Source: Phycisphaerae bacterium
GTDB taxonomy: Bacteria > Planctomycetota > Phycisphaerae > UBA1845
Reading direction: 5' to 3'
NCBI GenBank assembly: GCA_022072505.1
Contig: JAJVHU010000010.1
Span: 29,772-93,771, forward strand
DNA: 64,000 nucleotides
Translations under genes and position numbers: made by a program
Shown here: in pieces, positions 57,924 through 64,000 of the stretch
Position numbering within the stretch: position 1 is the stretch's first letter
How the letters are laid out: each line of letters starts with the position of its first letter
Notes under the pieces: generated by a model
Databases searched by the model: none
The model's input: only the letters and a program-made list of their open reading frames with translations
Told to the model about the DNA's origin: nothing

Positions 57924-59063
57924 TCACGGACAGGTGTACGACGCCTGATCCGTCGCGCCGCAGCCCCACGTCGCCGTCGCCTCTCCTGCGCCGGAGGCCG
58001 CGCCGCGGAAGCGGGCGCTTCCTTTCCCGCGATTATTGAGCGTGCCGCCGTCCGTGGCGCCGCCCGTAATGCTGACCGAAAACGAGTCTCCCGGCTGACC
58101 GTCCGCCAGTTTGACCTTCAAGACGTTGGTTCCGCGCTTGTCGCGGCAGTTCGCCGCGGCAATCCGTTCCGCCCCCGTGCAACCCCCCGGTTTCGGATGC
58201 GCCAGCAGCCACTCCACCACGAGACGGCTGAAGCTCGACGACAGGTTCGGGGAGTGCTCTCCGCCGACGATCGTCCACAACTCCGCCGATCCGCGCGGGT
58301 CGCAGGACGCTTCGTACTTCGCCACCAGCGTCTCGTTCCCGCTGATGCCCGCGTCCAGGTCCAGCGGATCCGACGTCAGGTCCGGGTCGAGCGAGCACCC
58401 GGCGAACGACGCCCACTGCTCCGCCGACTCGACCGCCCCCGGGTAGCAACTGACGAGGCAGCCGCCAGGATAAAAGATGACCGAGTCGTTCGTCCCGTGA
58501 ATGTGCAGCACGTGGACGGGCTCCGCCGGACCGCAGTCGTTCGGATCCTCGAACGTCATGCCGGCCAGCGACGCGATCGACGCCACGACGTCGCTGTGAT
58601 CGCACGCCATCCGGTATGACATGAACCCGCCGTTGGAGTGCCCCACGAAATGCACCCGGCGCGGGTCGATGTTGCACTGCCGCTGGATCGCGTCGATCAG
58701 ATCCAGCAGATATTGCGAGTCATCCACGTTCGAGCCGAAAAAGTTGCAGCACGCGTCCGTCGCGTTCCAGAACCGGTTGCCCAGAAAATCACGCGTGCCG
58801 TCCGGGTAGGCGTAGACGAATCCGTATTCGTTCGCCAGCGGCGCGAAACGCACGTACGACTCCGTCTGCGCTCCGGAGCTTGTGTACCCGTGGAGCAGGA
58901 TCACCAGCGGCACGGGGGTCCGGCCGTCATAAGAGGGAGGCACGTGAAGATTGATCCGTCCGCGCCCCAGATCGATCGCGGCGTCGCATTGCGCCGCGGC
59001 TGACTCCGCCCCCAGCGCCAGAATGACGCCTGCAAGTGCCGCCGCTTTGAATCCCGCTCGCAT
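57924..59063 (-). CDS. Secreted alpha/beta-hydrolase esterase (PHB-depolymerase/LpqC-like) with the shared C-terminal domain
   Basis: Signal peptide MRAGFKAAALAGVILALGAESAAA. PLVILLHGYTSSG. Nucleophile elbow GHSNGGFMSYRMAC. HIHGTNDSVI. The last 77 aa align with the C-terminus of the 8708-10897 protein. Confidence 0.7.
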   Translation of the reverse strand: MRAGFKAAALAGVILALGAESAAAQCDAAIDLGRGRINLHVPPSYDGRTPVPLVILLHGYTSSGAQTESYVRFAPLANEYGFVYAYPDGTRDFLGNRFWNATDACCNFFGSNVDDSQYLLDLIDAIQRQCNIDPRRVHFVGHSNGGFMSYRMACDHSDVVASIASLAGMTFEDPNDCGPAEPVHVLHIHGTNDSVIFYPGGCLVSCYPGAVESAEQWASFAGCSLDPDLTSDPLDLDAGISGNETLVAKYEASCDPRGSAELWTIVGGEHSPNLSSSFSRLVVEWLLAHPKPGGCTGAERIAAANCRDKRGTNVLKVKLADGQPGDSFSVSITGGATDGGTLNNRGKGSARFRGAASGAGEATATWGCGATDQASYTCP

Positions 59064-59127
59064 CGCTGCCCCTCCTTTGAATAATGACCCGCCGTTCCGA
59101 TCAGGTGCATCTTACCGTCCCGACCCC

Positions 59128-61575
59128 TTAAAGCATCCGGCTCCACTTCCGCACGCCCCACTCCGCCCCCAGCAGAATCACGAGCGCCGCCAGCGTCCAC
59201 GCCCGGTCCCACAACGACGTCGGCCGCGATTTCGTCGTTATCACCTCGTGACGATCCGGTATCAGCGCCGGAATGTTCATCAACTCGTCGCAGCCGAAGT
59301 ACCGTCCGCCTTCCGAAACCGCCGCCAGCGACGACATCTGCGTCCGGTCCATCTGAGGCCTCACAAGTTCGACGCTCGGGCGAACGATCCGCACCTCACG
59401 AACCAGCGGCTCCGCCTGCGACGGCTCCCACGGCCCCAGCGTCAGCGTGTACGCGCCGACCTCGGACGGCGCGAACCTCCCCGCGTACTCGCCGGGTCGG
59501 TCGACCCGCCGGGCCAGGTTCAAGACCTGCCTGTCCGTCGGCCCCTGAACCTGGACTTCCACGCTCTCGAGGGCGAGCGGTTCAAACCGCTCATTGAAAA
59601 GACGAGCCTCGACCTGCACCGCCTCTCCCACCGGAAACTCACTCCCCGCGGTCGACAGCACGCCGCGCTGCCGACCACGAAACAGTTTCCCCTCCGACAG
59701 ATGCCGAAGCATCTGAATCCAGAACCGGTTGAAGTTCTCCGCCCCGCCCTGCCGCCAGCGCCACGTCGAGTCGAACGCCAGAAAACCCGTCCGGCCCGCG
59801 CCCGCGTACTGCACCGCCGCCAGAACATGCGCCCCGTATTGATTCCGCATCGCCGGGTCGGTGTGCCGCAGCAGCACGCTCGCCACCGGTTTCGCCCGAA
59901 GCACGGGATAATGCCAGTACACGCCGCCGCGCCCCTCCCACATCAGGCGCGTCGCCGCCTCGCCCTCCGCAGCCCGCACCACCGGATGCGTCAACGCTTC
60001 CGGCTCCACCGCAACCGCATATTCGCGCCGCTGATAGAAGCCCAGCCGGTTCAGAATCAGATCCGCATCAGGGTTCATCGACACCGGCAGCAGGTCCACC
60101 ACCCGCCCGATGCCCTCGTCCCGAAGCAGCGAGGGAGCGTTCTGACGCCCGGCGACGAAGACCAGACCGCCGCCGTGTTCCGTCACGAAGCGGTCCAGCA
60201 GACCGGCCCACCCCTCGTCCAGCCCTTCCGCCGAAGGATCAAGAAGAACGACGACGTCGTAAACGAACAACTCCTCCGCCAGCACCGGCAGATGCCGAAG
60301 GATCGTGTCCCCGTCCCGCACCGCCCGCGCGTCCGCCGACTGAAGCCAGCACGACAGCTCGAACGACGCATCCCGCTGAAGCAAGCGAACGAGATTCTGA
60401 TACTCCCAGCTCGGCGCCCCGGACACCAGCAGAACGCTCACGCGAGAATCCGCGACGCGCACGGCCGCGCTGCGCCGGTTGTCGTCCAGGACGGATTCAT
60501 CGCCCCCCGCGTCAGCCGCCACAACGTAGGTGTACACTCCCGCCGCCGGCTGACGATGTTCAAAGCTGACCGGCGGCAACGGCCCATCACCGTCGAGCGA
60601 CAGCTCGCGCCGGTCGATCACGCGACCCGGACCGGACTGTCCCTCGATCTGCTCATAAACCGTCACGCGAGCGCTCGAACCCGCGAGCCCCTCGGACGCC
60701 AGGGAAACGCTGATCTGAAACGGATCATCCGGAAAAACGAACTCGGGCGCCTCCAGCGCGGTGATCCGCAGATTCCGCGGCGGCGCCGGATCGCCGATCC
60801 CCACCGTCATCACCGGCACGCGCCTCTCGCGCAGAAACCGCGCCACCCCCTCGACGCCCCCGCCCCGGTTGAACCCGCCGTCGGAGAGCACCACGATCCC
60901 CGCCAGCGGCGCCTCGCCTTGCGCCTCGACGGACTGCCGGACCGCGCGCTCGATGTCCGTCGCCGCTCCGTCCGCCGAGAACGCCAGCGTCGCGCCGTCA
61001 AGATCGACGGCGTCCTTCTCGGTTCCGGCGCCGTCCGCCTCCCGGGCGGCGCGAAGCACCGCCGTCAGCGCGACGTCCTCGGCGAAAGCGTACACGCGAA
61101 CACGGTTGCGCTCCGTCAGCGCCCGCAGGAACGCGCGCCCGTCACGCGCGAGCAACTCTGAAACAACGTCAATGCGTCGGATTTCCGAAACATCCGCCGG
61201 CGCATCAGGCAGCGCCCGCCGGACCCGGACCTCCGCATCCGCGTCGCGATAGCGGTCGCCCAGGCTCATGCTCGCCGACGTGTCCACCAGCACGATCGTG
61301 TACGAGTCAATCCACCGGTGCAGATATTTCGCCAGAACCGGCTCAAGCAGAATCGCCGCAAGAAGCAGCATCACGGTGACGCGAAGTCCCGCCAGAAAAT
61401 ACCGCCGTCGCGGCGAAGCTCCCGCCCGGCCCTCGCTTCGGTACATCAGCACGATCGCGGCGGCGACGACCGCCAGACCGACCGCGCTCAGGAGCGCGAG
61501 CCCCCCCTCCGGCGCGGATTGAAACTCAAACCGCACCTCCTCCTCGATCCGCGAGACCGCCTGCCCCAGCAGCAA
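59128..61575 (-). CDS. VWA-domain membrane protein (BatA-like N-terminus)
   Basis: Two N-terminal TM helices (LLSAVGLAVVAAAIVLMY and FLAGLRVTVMLLLAAILLEPVLA). MIDAS-like IVLVDTSASMSLGD. C-terminal TM AWTLAALVILLGAEWGVRKW. Confidence 0.6.
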   Translation of the reverse strand: MLLGQAVSRIEEEVRFEFQSAPEGGLALLSAVGLAVVAAAIVLMYRSEGRAGASPRRRYFLAGLRVTVMLLLAAILLEPVLAKYLHRWIDSYTIVLVDTSASMSLGDRYRDADAEVRVRRALPDAPADVSEIRRIDVVSELLARDGRAFLRALTERNRVRVYAFAEDVALTAVLRAAREADGAGTEKDAVDLDGATLAFSADGAATDIERAVRQSVEAQGEAPLAGIVVLSDGGFNRGGGVEGVARFLRERRVPVMTVGIGDPAPPRNLRITALEAPEFVFPDDPFQISVSLASEGLAGSSARVTVYEQIEGQSGPGRVIDRRELSLDGDGPLPPVSFEHRQPAAGVYTYVVAADAGGDESVLDDNRRSAAVRVADSRVSVLLVSGAPSWEYQNLVRLLQRDASFELSCWLQSADARAVRDGDTILRHLPVLAEELFVYDVVVLLDPSAEGLDEGWAGLLDRFVTEHGGGLVFVAGRQNAPSLLRDEGIGRVVDLLPVSMNPDADLILNRLGFYQRREYAVAVEPEALTHPVVRAAEGEAATRLMWEGRGGVYWHYPVLRAKPVASVLLRHTDPAMRNQYGAHVLAAVQYAGAGRTGFLAFDSTWRWRQGGAENFNRFWIQMLRHLSEGKLFRGRQRGVLSTAGSEFPVGEAVQVEARLFNERFEPLALESVEVQVQGPTDRQVLNLARRVDRPGEYAGRFAPSEVGAYTLTLGPWEPSQAEPLVREVRIVRPSVELVRPQMDRTQMSSLAAVSEGGRYFGCDELMNIPALIPDRHEVITTKSRPTSLWDRAWTLAALVILLGAEWGVRKWSRML

Positions 61576-61815
61576 CCCGTCACCTCCTCAGCGCATCACC
61601 TGATGCGCCGTCCTGAGCATCCTCATCCTCAACCCCCGCCCCCTACCGACCCGCCCTCGACCCCTCGCCCCCTGCCGAGCCGCGCCCGACTGGACGCGGG
61701 TCTTCCCGGAACATCCCGCTCATGAACGGTCGCCGCTCGACATCGGTGCGCCATCGCGATGCACGACAATCCAGTAACCGCGCGCCCGCCGGACGCAATT
61801 CCGCTTCTTGCGCCC

Positions 61816-63021
61816 CTACGCCAGCAACGAGCACAATTCGGCGACCACCCGCCGCACGTCGTCGCGCGTCAGCTCATGATGAAACGGAAGCGCGATCGTC
61901 CGCGACGCCACCGCTTCACACACCGGAAAGTCGCCCGGCCTGTACCCGCCCAGCTCCCGGATATACGGCTGAAGGTGGATCGGCGCGAAGTAATTGCTGC
62001 ACCCGATCCCCGCGGAACGCAGACCCGAAAGCACCCTGTCCCGGTCCTGCTCGGTGAACGGATCCGCCAGCCGCACGACAAAGACGAACCAGCTCATGCG
62101 GACGTTGGGGGCGATCCGCTGAAGCTGGAGCAAGCCTGCTGTCGGGGGGGAAATCCCGGTCCCGCACCCGCCGCCGACGGGCAGTTCCTCGATGTACCAC
62201 TCCGCAACCCGCGCCCGCGCCGAAAGCAGCTCGTCAAGCCGTCGGAGCTGTGCAAGCCCCAGCGCACAGTTGATGTCCGGCAACCGGTAATTGAACCCGA
62301 GACGCGGATGCGCCAGCCAGCCAGCCCCGGCGTCGCGCCCCTGATTGCGCAGCGACCGGCACATCGCCGCCAGATCCGCGTCGTTCGTCGTGATCATCCC
62401 GCCTTCGCCGGTGGTGATCTGCTTGTTCGGATAAAACCCGAAGACCCCCGCGTCCCCCAGCGCCCCCGCCCGGACGCCCTGGTACGCCGCGCCCAGCGCC
62501 TCGCAGGAGTCTTCGATGATCACCAGCTTGTGCCGCCGGGCGATGTCGCGGATCGCGTCGAAATCCGCCGGCTGCCCGAACACGTCCACCGGGAGGATCG
62601 CCTTCGTGCGCGGCGTGACCGCGGCCTCGATCTTCGCCGGGTCGATGTTCCACGTCTCGGCGTCGATGTCCGCGAACACCGGCGTCGCCCGCTCATAAAG
62701 AACGCAGTTGGCCGACGCGACGAACGAAAACGGCGTCGTGACGACCTCGTCCCCCGGCCCGATCCCCAGCGCCCGGATCAGCACGTGCAGCGCCGCCGTC
62801 CCGCTCGACACCGCCACCGCCTCGCGCACCCCCACCGCCCGCGCAAACGCCTGCTCGAACTCCCCCACCTTCGGACCCAGCGACAGGTTCGGCGTCCGGA
62901 GCACCTCCACGACCGCGTCGATCTCCGCCGGCGTCACGTTCGGCCGCGCCAGCGGAATCTCCCGATCAGCCGCGGGCTTCAGCCCGCGCGAATGTTCCTC
63001 GCCCTTGAATGTCGGTTTCAA
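61816..63021 (-). CDS. DegT/DnrJ/EryC1/StrS-family sugar aminotransferase
   Basis: IPLARPNVTPAEIDAVVEVL..GPKVGEFEQAFA and FGFYPNKQITTGEGGMITT (PLP Lys region). The start is placed at TTG 63021, which has GGAGG 8 nt upstream. The track start at 63120 is unsupported. The start call remains uncertain. Confidence 0.85.
   Translation of the reverse strand: MKPTFKGEEHSRGLKPAADREIPLARPNVTPAEIDAVVEVLRTPNLSLGPKVGEFEQAFARAVGVREAVAVSSGTAALHVLIRALGIGPGDEVVTTPFSFVASANCVLYERATPVFADIDAETWNIDPAKIEAAVTPRTKAILPVDVFGQPADFDAIRDIARRHKLVIIEDSCEALGAAYQGVRAGALGDAGVFGFYPNKQITTGEGGMITTNDADLAAMCRSLRNQGRDAGAGWLAHPRLGFNYRLPDINCALGLAQLRRLDELLSARARVAEWYIEELPVGGGCGTGISPPTAGLLQLQRIAPNVRMSWFVFVVRLADPFTEQDRDRVLSGLRSAGIGCSNYFAPIHLQPYIRELGGYRPGDFPVCEAVASRTIALPFHHELTRDDVRRVVAELCSLLA
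62969..62991. repeat. Single REP-like unit GCCGCGGGCTTCAGCCCGCGCGA
   Basis: Same family as the 17121-17334 array. It lies inside the first about 20 codons of the DegT ORF as annotated here. Confidence 0.7.
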
Positions 63022-63210
63022 GCGTTCCGCCTCCGCGCAAAGTCTGCCGCCGTGTGCGGCGGGCGGATTGTACCGGCGGCGGCGCGGGGCCGATATCAGC
63101 CTGCAAGGGGCGCCAGTCACCGCGCGGACTTTCGTCCGCGGCTCGCCTCATCCGGGAACCGTCGTCTGATGTCCACCACCCGTTGCAGCCGATCCGCCGC
63201 CGACGCTACG

Positions 63211-64000
63211 ATGCCGACCGCCAACAACCGGAGTATTCCTTTGCCGGCATCCGAAAAGACGATTCTCGACAAAATTCAGACGCGACAGGCCGTCGTCGGC
63301 GTCATCGGTCTGGGTTACGTGGGCCTCCCCCTCGTGCGCACCTTCAGCAAGGCCGGGTTCCGCTGCGTCGGGTACGACGTGGACGAGGCGAAGGTCCACG
63401 CCCTCAACGCCGGACAAAGCTACATCAAGCATATCCCGTCGAAGACCGTCGCCGACCTCGTGCAGAAGAGCGGCTTCCGCGCCACCGCCAACCCCTCGGA
63501 CCTCCGCGCCTGCGACGCCATCCTCATCTGCGTCCCCACCCCGCTCAACAAAACGCGCGATCCGGACATGTCCTACGTCGAGCAGACGGCGCGCATGATC
63601 GCCCAGCACCTCCAGCCGGGCCAGCTCATCATCCTCGAAAGCACGACCTATCCAGGCACGACGAAGGAACTCGTCCAGCCGATCCTCGAAGCCGGCGGCC
63701 TGCGCGCGGAGCAGGATTACTTCCTCGCCTACTCTCCCGAGCGCGAAGACCCGGGACGCAAGGACTTCTCCACCGAGACGATCCCCAAGGTCGTCGGCGG
63801 CATCGGCGAGAAGAGCACGAATCTCGCCACCGCCCTCTACGCCGGCGCCATCACCAGGGTCGTCCCCGTCGCCAACTGCGAAGTCGCCGAAGCCGCGAAA
63901 ATCCTCGAGAACGTCTACCGCTGCGTGAACATCGCCCTAGTCAACGAGTTGAAGGTGCTCTTCGACCGGATGGGCATCGACGTCTGGGAGGTCATCCGCG
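63211..64000 (+). CDS. Nucleotide-sugar dehydrogenase (UDP-GlcNAc/ManNAc dehydrogenase family), 3' end outside the window
   Basis: Hand translation gives MPTANNRSIPLPASEKTILDKIQTRQAVVGVIGLGYVGLPLVRTF..ILICVPTPL..LESTTYPGTT..YSPEREDPG..EAAKILENVYRCVNIALVNEL, with no stop up to 64000. Alternative start TTG 63241 has GGAG 7 nt upstream. The ORF is absent from the track because it is open-ended. Confidence 0.9.
   Translation, partial: MPTANNRSIPLPASEKTILDKIQTRQAVVGVIGLGYVGLPLVRTFSKAGFRCVGYDVDEAKVHALNAGQSYIKHIPSKTVADLVQKSGFRATANPSDLRACDAILICVPTPLNKTRDPDMSYVEQTARMIAQHLQPGQLIILESTTYPGTTKELVQPILEAGGLRAEQDYFLAYSPEREDPGRKDFSTETIPKVVGGIGEKSTNLATALYAGAITRVVPVANCEVAEAAKILENVYRCVNIALVNELKVLFDRMGIDVWEVIR

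Overview
High-GC bacterial chromosome segment: hand counts of 60-nt blocks give about 70 % GC in typical genes. The protein repertoire includes prepilin-type giant proteins, Cys-rich secreted repeat proteins and ribosomal proteins with basic tails. This suggests a Planctomycetota/PVC-like organism, but that is a low-confidence inference. The centre (17.9-34.3 kb, minus strand) is one contiguous S10-spc-alpha ribosomal cluster running rpsJ to rplQ, including secY, map, rpoA and an rpmJ that the ORF track missed. One foreign-looking insert, an NYN-domain gene, sits between rpsK and rpsD. Left arm: ABC-type permease; a low-GC two-gene restriction-modification-like island (nuclease candidate plus a DPPY methyltransferase with an unusual internally duplicated architecture); ffh; rnhA; a secreted EEP-family enzyme; a secreted protein with 10 Cys-rich modules; and a giant GspK-like/large pseudopilin pair. 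Right arm: orphan Dam-family methyltransferase, subtilisin lipoprotein, hybrid histidine kinase coupled to a thioredoxin-fold protein, HhH-GPD glycosylase, priA, recQ, nadB, GT-C-like membrane protein, STAS protein, GHMP kinase, BFN nuclease, panB, ParA-like ATPase, VanZ, RlmI-like methyltransferase, TadG-like protein, secreted esterase, VWA membrane protein, DegT aminotransferase and a partial nucleotide-sugar dehydrogenase. Intergenic DNA carries two short repeat families: a 24-bp REP-like hairpin, including a 5-copy array, and a 43-nt hairpin element. No tRNA, rRNA, CRISPR array, transposase or integrase was seen. Many long ORFs in the track are Arg/Pro-rich antisense artefacts of high GC. 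Best candidates for something new: the R-M-like island with its pseudo-duplicated methyltransferase, the NYN gene embedded in the alpha operon, and the pseudopilin/secreted-protein set sharing an undescribed C-terminal domain. All calls rest on motif reading only; no searches were run.
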